From NCBI GenBank assembly GCA_000708835.1, contig DF237120.1:1-64000 (forward strand): DNA of 64,000 nt. Reading direction: 5' to 3'. The first letter of the stretch is position 1. The number at the start of each line of letters is the position of its first letter. This DNA is from Klebsormidium nitens (Eukaryota; Plantae; Klebsormidiophyceae). Shown one piece after another: positions 49,601-61,755 of this stretch. The notes beneath the pieces were generated by a model. The model saw only the letters and a program-made list of their open reading frames with translations, was not told where the DNA came from and ran no database searches. A program made the position numbers and the translations under genes.

Positions 49601-52084
49601 CGCGTCTGACGTCTGGTTCGCCCACTGCTGCATGCTCGACGACGCAGAGATGAAGCAGTTCCACGACAACGGCATCGGCATCGCGCACTGCCCCTCGTCC
49701 AACCTCCGACTGGCCTCAGGTGAAAATTCGTGCAAGCTTATTGCGATTTGGATGTTCCCTCCAGTTTTACAAGGTCTTTATGTGCCCCGCGGTTTGCTGC
49801 GATCTTGAGCAGTGCATGGTTTTCTGAGCGCCCGTCGGAGCGGAGCCTCGGTCAAAAGGTCGCCCGAACGTGGAAGCGGGACCCGAGACATCCTTCTTGA
49901 GGCGCCACGTCGGTGGGCAAAAGTGCCTCACTTCAACTGCTCTTCTAAGGGCTAATACGTTGTCACGTATGTGTACAAACCCGTGCCCCTAATTGTAAGC
50001 ATGCTCGTCGGCAAAGGTTTCCATCTTCGTGAGTTTTAAAAACGCGTCGACCGATAGCAAACTGCTTTTCGTAGGTCCTGACCTTCGCGTCATTGCTGGA
50101 AGTGCTTTCCCTGTGTGCAAACCTACCTTTGTGAATGAGAGTAAAGTTCGTCAGTAATTTATTCGAATGGAACATTGCACTAATCAGACATTCACGCATC
50201 TGGCGTCGACTGGGTTGAGAGCCACTTAACTGGAATCGGACATGTCTCAAGACCGGCCTGAATGACCTGTGGATCACTTCCTTTGTCTACGAGTTTCCAA
50301 AAAGTTTCGATTTTCATCGTTCAGGTATCGCTCCGGTAAGGACGCTGTTAGACACCGGGGTTAACGTGGGTTTGGGCGTCGACGGGAGTGCGAGCAACGA
50401 CTGCGGCCACCTGCTAGCCGAGGCGCGGCTGGCGATGCTCCTACAGCGACACACCGGAAATGCACAAGGTGCGCAAAGTCCACTCGTCTAATCGTTATTA
50501 TTTTCAGCATAATCTGGCCTCAAGAATCTCTACTTTCCTTTAACAATGATAAGAGTCTGTGACTGGTTCACCAATGGGGAAACACCATAAGTCGGGGGAC
50601 GGAGGGGGAGTCAGACACCTGAATCTGCCTGGTTGTTCATTTATTGCTGGCATAGACATAGGCGGTTAAGCGTCCAGATCCTTCAATGGGTTGTAGTTCT
50701 AGGGTTGTAGTTCTAAAACCCTAAAAGCCCCTTCCCGCTAGAACTGTACTTGCCGATTTGCATCGGTCCACTCGACTATCCCAGCATTGAAGGGCCAGCA
50801 CCGGAGCAGCCTCTCTGCTATCCACTGCGGAGGAGTTTTGAACCGATATTCGGCAGATTTGAGGTCCAAAGAAGTCCAGCCTTGACCCGATTTGAAGGTG
50901 CAGACAAAAGATGAAATCCTACAACTGTAAAATCCAGAACCCTGATATGGTCGCTCACCGTATTGAAGGATCTTCTCAAGAGGATCCAGAAGAACGCTCC
51001 TTGAGTCTGACGTGGTGGTCTCGAGGAGAATTGGGCGTCTATTATGACACCAGCTGACCAAAGTCGACGATCTGCTGAAAGTGAACTTTTCTCCTGAAAT
51101 AACCCCGCACTCGGAGTCCCTCAACCTCCGGAAATTTCTCGAAGCCTGGCGAGCTTTTCCTCAGGTATGACCATCGCCGAAGCTTTCGACGTGGCGGTTA
51201 AGGGCGGCGCTCGGAACCTAGGGCGTGACGACATTGGCGAGATTGCTTCGGGTTATGCGGCTGACTTCGTAGCCTGGAGGACGGACACGATCGGCTTCTC
51301 CGGGGGGAGAATTGACGAGGTCAGTGACCCCCCTAGTTCAGCTTCTCAAATCTTTGCACGTTTGGTGAGAGTCTTTGTTGGATTGTTGGTTGTTGAAAAG
51401 TGTCGGTTCAAATTGCCTTGAAGTTAACGGTATTGGGAGGACTAGGTTGTTAAATCAAGGCTTCGTTGATTATGAGTGAAGCGAACGGATTGAACAGGGC
51501 GTCTAAAATTCATGTACCGCAGAAAGCTAGGGTCTCACTAAAAGCGAGCAAGAAATTAAGCGTGGGTAGGCGTCAACCTTACAAAAGGGTATATTGCTTG
51601 GGCAGAGTTCGTATATACTGGAAAACAATGACGGAAAGGCGTCGAACTCCTCGTTGCGTACAAGTGTGTACTAGGACATAAACGACCGGTCAGCAGATAT
51701 GAGACAGTCGACTCGATACCGGTGACGACAAGGCTGGTCGCATAGCGCTTATGAGTCCGGAATTTATGCTACTTGCATAAGGCAAGAACCGCGATGTAAT
51801 TCGGAAGAGTCGGCCGCTTTGTCAATGACGAATCTGAAACTCACCAGAAATTCAGCGTTATTCCATGTGCATTATTCCTTGTGCAGGCGGCGGCGTTGTT
51901 GCTTTGCGGCCCCAGCGTTGGATTCGTGGACCTTTCCGTTATCAACGGAGAGGCCGTTGTGAAGGACGGCAAGTTTACGACCATTGATCTCACCGAGTTG
52001 GTGAAAGCCCACAATGCGTGCTCGGCACGCATTTGTAGCTTCCTAGGCCCAAATTGGAAAACCGGGTCCGAGCCAGCAGTGTAA
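43637..52084 (+). CDS. 8-oxoguanine deaminase / AtzB-like metal-dependent amidohydrolase (11 exons)
   Basis: Exons 43637-43699, 44660-44884, 45412-45468, 45916-46046, 46717-46866, 47713-47845, 48399-48454, 49586-49719, 50325-50468, 51165-51319 and 51887-52084 join in frame. Motifs: [16 protein letters not shown]; [12 protein letters not shown]; [13 protein letters not shown]; RFHPTRGAM; APCSPF; LHTHLAE; VWFAHC; [12 protein letters not shown]; [12 protein letters not shown]; [12 protein letters not shown]; [12 protein letters not shown]. Confidence 0.95.
46465..46770 (+). repeat. Three copies, 123 bp apart, of an acceptor plus exon start (exon 5 of the amidohydrolase)
   Basis: cag|ggagataggggcgcgcttccatctt (46470), cag|aaacatcggaatgcaacatcatcct (46593) and the real cag|agagatcggaatgcgattccatcct (46716). 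Confidence 0.8.
47330..47810 (+). repeat. Four graded copies of an acceptor plus exon start (exon 6 of the amidohydrolase)
   Basis: gtactccatgct.cggatgg..c.ggcgcc at 47439, 47568 and 47713 (real), plus a very degenerate copy at about 47339. Confidence 0.9.
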
Positions 52085-54078
52085 ATCTGGGCGAAATATT
52101 GGACGGATCTTATAAATTAGTGAATTGTGTAAAGTGTTGCCATTGTGAGTCTGAAGTTTGAAAAAGAAAAGAAAATGTATTGCTAAGATGTGGTGTTAAA
52201 GCTTTTCCAGTACAAGATACGATAGTTTTAGAGACTGGTCGTTTGGGGTTCGAGGTCGTATAATAAGGCCAAGCAGATTGATTTTAGTATGCCCATAATT
52301 GGTATCAACTTACTTTGGCTGAGTCTAGGTGTATGGAATGTCAAGCTATCTGCAAGTCTTTCTCTGCAAGTCTTTATAGTACTGATCATCGGATCGACTG
52401 AACAGTTTCAAGATTTCATTGTCATTTGCACCAAATTTTAGGCTTTATTATGAGGATTATGATACAATCATTGACTCGGAATCACTTGATGATGGAAATA
52501 TAATATTAGAGTGGATCGGCTTAATTGGGACCTTACCGGACTCAAGTTATCCCTTGTGATACTATATGCATGCTTCCCCACGTTGTATCGATCAAAATTT
52601 AGATCGTCGATCGATCATGATGCACCATCATTCAATGTGCGGCGCACTAGTTGACCGGACGGCCGTGCACATGTGGTCCGCCGGCGGCTGCGCAACGCCG
52701 CGCGGTCACTAGCTCGATCGGCCGGAATTACTGATCCTCATGTTGTCTATATAGGCGCCGGGTCACCGGGTATGATTCCTCGTCGGATAACTCGATCTCG
52801 GCTCCCCGATCGCGTGCGGCTGTATCATTTATGCACAGATCTTCGATCAAGGTGATTTCGGCCGGCCCAGCTTATGATCCAGCCCGAGGTCAGAGGCTAA
52901 TTTCTTTTTGAGCGAACTTAACCACACATTGATGTCACGCATGGCGCGATCCAATCATATTGTCGCTCATAATTGCATGATGCTGCCGGCCCTCTACTTA
53001 GCTACCGTAGATTGAAGAGAATGATCATCGACTAAGTTCAATTGCCAGGGCGGGTTCGGCGCTGATCGTGCGATCGATGGCAGGTCCAGTGCATGAGTCC
53101 AGTGCATAAGTCTACAATCATTGAATGGTGGTTCCGAACTGGCGGGCCGCGATCAGGGTTTGAAAGTATAATGGGTTCCTTCAGTATTTGTTGAGACTCC
53201 TTCGGAGACTTGCGGCGTTGAGGATACTATAATCCGATCAGAATGTCAATGGCATGGCCGGAGTTTTGATGGATATTTGATCTGATCGATCTTGCGCCAA
53301 CGTACACGGTTATTGGACGCGTACATGTTCTTAAATGAGAAATAAAAGTGTCCGAAAATGAACACCGGCCCGGAACAAGCTCTGGCATGAGTTAGTATTA
53401 CATCCAGTGAGAACTTTTCAGATTCTTACTTCTCAATCCCAGCTAGAGTTGAAACTCAAAACCTAGTATGTGAGAGATGTATGCCAGAATCTTTTACAAG
53501 AATGAAATGCATGGTAATCACCGGTTTGCGTATATTGTCTGGATCTGATTGGTAGATCGAAGTCTTATATCTGCGAAATCAATGTCTTAAAACATCTAAC
53601 TTACACGAGATGGTACTCTCATGTTGAGCGGCTCGCTTCTCTTATCAAGCCTATTCAAACCGAGACGACCCTGTCTACACACTCATAAGTTAGAAAATAA
53701 TTGAGAAACACTACACACGCAAACACCACACAATGTACGTCCTACAGCACCAGCCGTCCGCGTATCAAGGCGCTTATTCTGTATAATCGCGCAACGCTTA
53801 TTTGGAGGGCTGCCAATGCTATGGACGCTGATCTATCCGTTTACTAGCAGTACGCACCGCGCTTATTGGGTGTTGTTTCTGGCCCTCTCGACTGGTTATC
53901 ACAGTTTCTAGGGCCGGCCAGTGCGCACTACCGTCTTATTCCAGTCCTATGAACTAAGTTGTGCAAGTAGCGCACAGCTTATGATACGTCGAATCGGAAC
54001 AGCCAACTTCGACGTCAACTACTTAGAAATTTGGGAGAGGGTTGTTTTCTGCAGTAGCTTAAAAATTGCCCCGAGCGG

Positions 54079-54440
54079 GAACTAGAGAGGAGAGGCCAGC
54101 TGATCTCAGCGGTGCAACTAACTAGAGGGGGAGCGGCGCCGCAAGGCGTGCGGCAGAAAAAGCCGCCACCCAGCATCTGAGAGAGGCACCGGGACAACTA
54201 CAGGTGGCAGTTCCTACATCATGAGGGAGAGCGGCAATCACCCGGGGGCGCCGGGGGGGTGGCGGGCAACTAGAGGGGGGTTGTTGCCAAGCCAAATTAA
54301 GTACTAGGAAAAGACCGAAAAGCTTGGGGGCAATCTGGAACTGACGGTTACTACCGGGGGCTAAAATCCGGCAACTAGGGGGGCGGGGCCGGGACAACTA
54401 GAGGAGGAGAGAGCTTGAGAAACTAGGGAGGGGGGAGAAA
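54079..54440. repeat. Dispersed G-rich motif array (caactag(a/g)gggg), 6-7 copies
   Basis: The motif occurs at about 54080, 54120, 54195, 54267, 54371, 54397 and 54421. It resembles ggcaactagggtggaggg in a GT71 exon at about 56023. Confidence 0.6.
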
Positions 54441-55236
54441 GGCCGAGACGACACAGGGTGCCGACTGGTCCTGCACGGTGAGAAAGATACGAATCAGTCC
54501 CCCAATCGGCCCTGTTTGTAGATCCATGAGCAGAAATTGTGACCGTTTCTGATCCACTGGAGAACTGAAGCTGCACGACAATCAACCAGAAACGTAGCAA
54601 CCAAAGCAACCTCCTTCGATGCAATATAATTGAGAAGGCGGTATGCAGGGCGTATCAGAGGTCTCTTCTTAGTTGGCCAATCTTGGTCAGCATGCACGTG
54701 CGAGAAGATCGCTTGCAAAGCGCGCATTCAGAGTCTGTTTGCAGCGCGCACAAGAGGGGTCTTTCCGAGAATGTCAGAAACCTTGCGAGAACCTCACGTA
54801 GTGACCGGGCCCTTCCTAGACTAGGTTGACCGACAGCCACATTGGCCTGTCAAGTTAAGAATCCCCTTTCCTCAGATCGGCGTTGAATCCAGTTCTGATC
54901 TTACTGCAGCGAAGATAATCTCAAGATCTCAAATATTCTCGGTCACTTTTGAAAGTGGGCGTCCTGGAACCCGGAACGGTTAGTCACACAGCGACATTGA
55001 AGCACAGCTTCCCGCTATCCTGTCGCCGAATTTTGGTTTCAGAGTTTGTGCCCCGAGCACTGGGCCCTGCTAAACGAGGCCGGTTGATGACGTTGCGCAG
55101 ACGCCCTCTTTAAGCTGGAAAACTAAAGCGGAAACGGGTACGTACCGGGGCGCCTGGGGCCCTACTAAACCGTTGTCAGAAAGGGGGAATTCAAAGCGGG
55201 GGCTCAGACCGGTACGTACCTTGGCCGGCCGGGGGC

Positions 55237-58200
55237 CTAGACCGGTTGGCAGAAGGGCGTGGGGCCGTCGGTTCCGGCGCACTGGTAGAAGGCGCTGGGG
55301 CAGCAGATGGCGGGGCCGGTTCCACCCGCAGGGAAGCACTGCAAAAACGGCGCCTTATATGATTATCCTGCCTATGGATATCCTCCCAAAACATCAGTTG
55401 GTCCATAACGTACCTGACAACAGTATCTCTAGCATACAGCTTTATGCCGTCACATTTGGCACTACCTCGAATGATTTTTGGGATGAACAGCGGCCCTTTG
55501 AAGTACACTAACAGATTTAAGTCCTACTCATGGAACAAGAAAGGACCGACAATTGAAAGGAAACACACCCGCGCTTTGACCTTATGAATCACGACACACG
55601 GGTTCCAATTACTTCTTTCCATGGCGGGAAAGACGACGACCCGGCCCAGCTTTAAAGTCAAAGGTCAAAGGTCTCGCTTTATCTGCGTTCATGTGCGGTT
55701 GGGGGCCGGTTTGCTCTTCCAGTCTCGTTAATGAAAGGAAGACGGGGTTGTTCCAACAGGGGTGCCCACATCTTCAAAAAAAACCGGGCAACCGAAATAC
55801 GTAACCGAAACGGGCAACGGAAACCCATGTACCGGTTGGTTGAAGAAATCGGGCAAGCAAACGCCTCCCGTGGGCCGGGGACGCCGGCGAGCAGGGTAGA
55901 CGGGGCGCATTCTCAAAGAAACCGAGCAGACGAAAACCGTAACGGAAACGGTTTGACGTCAAGAAACGTACCGGCTGGTTGAAGAAACCGGGCAAGCAAA
56001 CGCCTCCCGTGGGGGGGACGCCGGCAACTAGGGTGGAGGGAGACGGGGTCGTGCCGACGGGGGTGCCCCCATAATCAACGCCGCCGCCAAACGCGTTGCA
56101 GAATTGGACTGCGTCAACGGCCGGGTCGAGGCTGGCGTAGACGCCGGAGCATGACGTCAGGCAGCACGTCAGGATGGAGCCCCCGCTGGAGTAGCACTGC
56201 GCGCGCGCGGCAAAAGAGCGACAGCTGTCAGGTTGGGGCCGGGGGGGGGGGGGGGCGCGGCGACTCGAAAGTCTCGAACGAGTGCACAAGACAGGTGAGA
56301 GGAAGTGAAGAAGTGGGTCGAATTTGTCTGCATAACGGGACTACGACCCGTTGCTTGGGATTCTAGATGTCTCCGGATTCGCGAGAACGACTGATTCTAA
56401 ATCCGATTCTTCGTCCGTACAATGCAAGGATTACGTGGTCGTGTTGATTGTGCGGCGTGAAGGACTCCGCACTGCCGAAACGCAGCGACTTTCTACCAAC
56501 CCAAGTTTCCAGTTGAACCGGGAGAAGACAGCTGAGGGACAAAAAGCTGCCAGGAAGTTGTGACGTAACACTTACGTAGTTTGCGCCGCTCGGGCACACT
56601 CCAGGAGAGGACGGCGGGACGGTCGCGGAGCCTACAAGAATTATTTTCGTCTTTACATTTCTTTAAAATATTTTGTATCACAGGAGGTGAAAATATAATG
56701 AAACAATCTTGTGAAGAGTTTTCCATGCTTTCTTTGTGTGTCATAGAAAGTTCTACGTTCCACTTTCGAAACTCAGAGAGGGGAACCTGCGGCCAGAATG
56801 TAGCGGAGCCTGCAAGCATTCGTATCACAGGAGATGAAAACACTGAAACCATTTCAGATAGGATTTCCTAATACCTGATTAATGGATGACGAGAAGCCAT
56901 TTCTGGTGGTTTAATTTGAAAAAGAGCCGGAACCTTCCGAAAGCTTAGACACTGTCCTCATTTGCACCAAAGAACAACACCTTGAATCAGAAAAAAGAAT
57001 GAACGTACTTCAAGGTCAACAAAACACGCGTTTTTGGAAGTAGTTTCGAAGCTTTTGGAGAAAACAGACCATACACGACAAATTCGGCTCCATTATTTGA
57101 CGCTTTTGATAGAAATGCTGCCGCAAACAACTGACTCATAAAACGAGGATCAAAGTGCAACAAATTTAAGCGAGGCCCCTGAAAACGCAACTGCAAACCA
57201 GATTGGGAAGGAAAGCGGGCAGACTCCGAGTTACGAAGTGTGCAAGAGGCGAACGATCTGAGTCAAAAGGCAACGCTCATCTCCTTAAGATTCCGATCCT
57301 TTTTCTTCTCGTTTCGTTATCTCTTTAAAATCTGTTCCTCCGCCTGATCCGCTTCCAAGTGCTTCAAACAGCTTCTGCGACACGATGAACCAGCTCAGTT
57401 GAAGTGTGCCGAGCTTGACAAATGTTGTCTACGACACATGCACGCAGCTTTACAGAGCCGTCTCCTGCGATGATACTCCATTTTCGGGGCGACCAGAAAG
57501 AACGTTCTCCCTCACCGTTGCCCTGGAGTAGCTTTCTCGCGGTCGCCAGACTGACGGACGTGAACTCGTTCTGGGAGACGCGTTTCAGGGCAGGGTCCGC
57601 GGCAGCCTGAAGCTTCGCGAACGTCGTCTCAAAAGCGGAGAAAGGTTCGGGCGTAATGATGACGTCAGCACCCGCCAGGTCCAGGCAGGAGACCGGCTCG
57701 CCGTTGATCGTGGCGGGGGGGAGAGGAACTACGGAGAATCTGCGGGGGGGAGGAGAGGGGCTTGATTTCCGGAATACGCTGCAGTCAGGTTCTGTCATAT
57801 CTGTACGAAAACGAAAGTCAGGCTGATATTGCGCTCGGATATTGGAAAGTTTTCTTCTATTCCTGGATTAACCTGTAACTCGCAAAGATGTTTTGATTCA
57901 TTCCGACCAGTCGATCACCCATTTTCCACATGAAGTAGGCGTGTCTGTCACATGTAGACATGATGTCAGATCGACGAGATCAATCGCCGCTGAGGAGTCG
58001 CAACCTAGCTTTAACAGACATACGCATAGAACGCAAATCTTATCACAATTATCGAGCCACCCAAAACATGAATAAATAGCTTTCGAACGCGGTTTGATTG
58101 ATGACGCAGGCGGCGATCCACGCTCCACTACTTGAGAAACACATCTTCATTCTGATCCCGCCGCCTGATTTAAATGCTTAAGATACAACTCGACCTGCAA

Positions 58201-61200
58201 AACCACTCACAAACGGACACGTGGCTCACCCCTTGCCAGCTGGCACCGCCTTCATGACCTGCCACGTCACGGCCGCCCCGTGTTTGAGCGAGTTATGGTG
58301 CAAAAACAGCGGCGCGCCGCTCTCGGGGTCGTGCTGCACCATGGTGTGCCCGCAGAATCCGCCGGAATCCGTTTCCGCTCCCGCGGCAGCGACCGGCGTT
58401 CCGACCATGGCGAACGGCGTTCCGGTCGCCAGGAACGCCAGGCGGAACGCCTCCTTGTCGCCGTTGATCATTTTCTGGAACGTACTGTCCTTTGCGAAGA
58501 AGAACGCAAGGTTGAGCGCTTTCCACGCGCGCCGTTTGTCGACGAAAATTTGCCCCGACTCCTGCTCTTGCCCCTGAGACGAAACTCCCAGGATTGACCA
58601 GATTGGGTTTCCGGTGGCGGTCCGCCAGAAGTCCGGCCAGAACAGGGCGCCGGTGGTCTGGTACTGGGCGGAACGGAACAGGGCGGCGGGGTTGGCCATG
58701 GGGATGTTGTCCGCGTCGAGGAAAAGGACCTCTTCGAAAGACGAATGCAGGATCGCGATAGGCTTCGCCTGAAAGAGATACAGAGAAGATTTCAGAAAAA
58801 CCTGCCACAAAACCTTAGATGGTTAAGGATTCAAACTGAACCAGACGTGGGCGGCAACCAGCCTTGAAGAAAGTTCAAATACAGGTTACTTTTCTACTGT
58901 AATAACAAGAGACTTAGGAAATTTACTCAGCCTGACGAGCTGCCAAAACGTCATATGAATCCCTTGAAAAAGTTTAGATTTTTCGAAGGTGGCATTGAGT
59001 GACAAAAGGTTTGATTATCTGTAGTCTTTTCTCTTTTCCGTTAAGGAAAAATCATGTGGTTAGAGCTGAATCTGATCAAGAGCCACGAGCGGCCTAAACT
59101 CTGCAGTTGAGAATCAGATTACGTCACCAGGATATGAGTCATAAATGTCACTTGAACTAGAATTTTTCGGATGGCTTAATCATGTCTAGAAGTGACCGGT
59201 TCAACAAAGATTCAGAGGCTTTTCGACGAAGGTCGAGAATTTGATTGTAAAGAACCCAAAGAAAAAGCAATCAGCGATTGTCTTTGAACTTAGCTTGCAA
59301 ACGATCGTCACACATACCCGAGACAATCATTTGTAAACTTGGTCAGATGTGAATAAATGATGCAAGATGGAGTGCACTTGAAGAGTGCCGCTGGAAAGAA
59401 TCATTTGATGTTAAGTTGACACCAAAGGAACCGACTAGTTGGCTACATTGTGCAAAGCTAACTTCAACCTGGTGTGATTCAATCGGAACAAGTTCCACAC
59501 AGAGCTTGTGACACCTTCAGATTTTTCGAAGATTCGATTTGAGATGTGAGGTCACGAAAGAAGCAGTCTGGAAGTCATGGGAATTATGGCACCCAGAAGT
59601 GGCTGAATCAGACGAAGGAGGTCGAAAGCCATCTCTTTCAAGTGACAGGATCCACGAACAGATTCAAGAATTATGGAAAGAATCGTCTCATGAAAGGCTG
59701 CAAACAAGGGGAGGATCGGATTACATTCAAAAGCAATCTTTTTCGAAAGATGTAAAAATCAGGGCACCAAAACGAGAAGTCAGCAAAACCAGGCTGAAAA
59801 ATATTGATAGAACTCACTTGGAAAACGTGCTCCCCTTGACTAGTCTCTGTGCTCCGGAGATCGTCGTCCGACGCATAGTTGGCCACGTTCTTGATCACAA
59901 GCTTGCTGTAACTGGTTAGCAGGGAGGTCATGACGTCAGGGCTGACATCACCAGAGTACCAGATCTGCATGCAGAAGGGGGGAGATTTTTGAAAACCTGC
60001 CCGAGAAGAGGGGGATCCGAAGATCTGCAAGAGCGGGGGGCATTTAGCTAGGAAACGGATTGGAGTGCGAGATCTGCCAGGGATGGGAAGCCTTATGTTT
60101 TATGTAAAAGGGGGGAATGATTGCGAATCTGTCCGAGGGGGGTCAGGCCCTGTTTTTGATTGGAGCCGATTTCGAGGGTAGAGAAGGATCTTCAAGGAGG
60201 GGGAGGGTTTATACGTTTGCTTCTGGAGAGGGGGAAGGATTAAATCAAGGGAAAGGGAAAGGGGGGCAGTGGACGTCTGTGAGAGAGGGGCAGGATCCAC
60301 GATTATTGGAAGGAGGGATTCAGGATAATCTGGCATAAGGGAGTAAACATTGAGAGGAAAGAACAGGGGAGAAGTAGATTTTGAGCGGGGGCCAAGGGGT
60401 GGAGGGTATCATATGTCTGTGTGGATTCCTACATATTCTTGACGTTTGATGTACAAAATGGGTGTTTTTTATCACATATGTGTTTAAATTGCTGCGAGAT
60501 CTTAGCGCCGGAAGGGGCAAAAGCAAGATCTGGTGAGGCTTTTGACGCTGAAATCTTAGAGAAACCAATCCATGCAATTCATCTTCGATAGATATAGTCT
60601 TTTTAGTAGCCAACTTTCAAGATCTTCCAAATGTCTATCAAATAGAAGCCTGCAGATAAGGATTGATCATTGGCACAGGTACTCAACGCGGAATTATCAA
60701 AGAGAGAAGTTGTTAGGCAGAGCTGTGAAGGACCCGAACGACTCTGAAAAAGACCCCTCGTGGGCGAAAATGTTTACAGCCATAGTGACCTTTCCGATTC
60801 TGGCCGCCTTTTTGCTTCATGCACCTTCAAACCGCAATCAAGCCTGAGTTGTCTGGTTATGACAACAAGGGATCCAAACAATCCGAAAAAGCTGTTCAAA
60901 CCACGTTCAAAATAACCGGGCTTCTCTTGAGAGTTCCAGATCTGCTATCCCAAACAAGAAGATTCTTGAATCTCGTCCACAAACCGCCCAGCACACCCGT
61001 TTCCCCACTGCCCAAAGAAATGCCCCCACACGACAATAGCCCCTTAATGAAACTTTCAAGTTCTGGTCAAATAGAAGTAGCGCAGGTTCTTGGCAGCATG
61101 AACATGTTGTGCTGTGAAAGGGAGAAAAGCAAGGCCATGCAGAAGAAGATGACGAACCACAAGAAGCCCAACCCAGCAAACCAGATTCGAAAGACAATCT

Positions 61201-61603
61201 CGAAAGGCAAGAACTATTCAAGGCAGACCTACACAACGACCGAATCTATAGAAGTCAAATAGAAGCAAGCAAAGCCACTCACCTCCACAGGCAAATCAAA
61301 CCCCTCTGATTGGAGCGTCGTTAGCAGGACCGGCACGTTGACCAGATCCAGTTTGGTCGCCGTAATCACCAGCCCCTCCCCCGCAAACCGCCCCTCGGGG
61401 TACTCGGGAGTCTGCGCGACGGCGGCTTTCCAGGCTGCCGTGAGGGCTGGCGCGTCGCCGGAAAGAGCGGGCCAATGGGGGGAGGAAAGGGCGTGGAAGT
61501 TGCAGTCGACATAGGGTTCGCTGGGGACGCAGAGAGCGGCGGTGGAATGGGCGAATAGGGAAACACTGAGAAGCGCCATTAGGAGGAAAGCAGGCGCTGC
61601 CAT
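55237..61603 (-). CDS. GT71 family (MNN2/MNN5-like) alpha-mannosyltransferase with signal peptide and C-terminal tandem Cys-rich modules (7 exons)
   Basis: Exons 61603-61283, 59964-59818, 58768-58230, 57739-57516, 56631-56576, 56196-55972 and 55338-55237 join in frame. GT71 motifs: GEGLVIT..LPVEIW; AKPIAILHSSFEEVLFLDADNIP; ALFWPDFW; EQESGQIFVDK; GDKEAFRLAF; FCGHTMVQHD; PLFLHHN. Confidence 0.92.
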
Positions 61604-61755
61604 GGCGAAAGGTGGGCGCCGAATATTGGCTGTAGGCAAATGTGAAGGGAGATCACCGATCTTTCGCCATTTTGAAGCCGAATCCGGGTGTTGTTAGCAC
61701 ACGCTTTCTCAGATGGTTCGGAAGGAGCAAAGTGAGAAGATGGCAGCTGTTCAGC

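Noticed and set aside
50697-50730. Interstitial telomere array
   Set aside because: It is only a 14-bp duplication plus a single aaaccctaa within an intron.
58221-58808. Plus-strand and alternative-frame ORFs overlapping the GT71 exon
   Set aside because: They are shadow ORFs of a GC-rich exon.
59539-59919. 126-aa plus-strand ORF antisense to GT71 intron/exon 2
   Set aside because: It has no domain and no clear start context, and it partly overlaps the real exon on the opposite strand.
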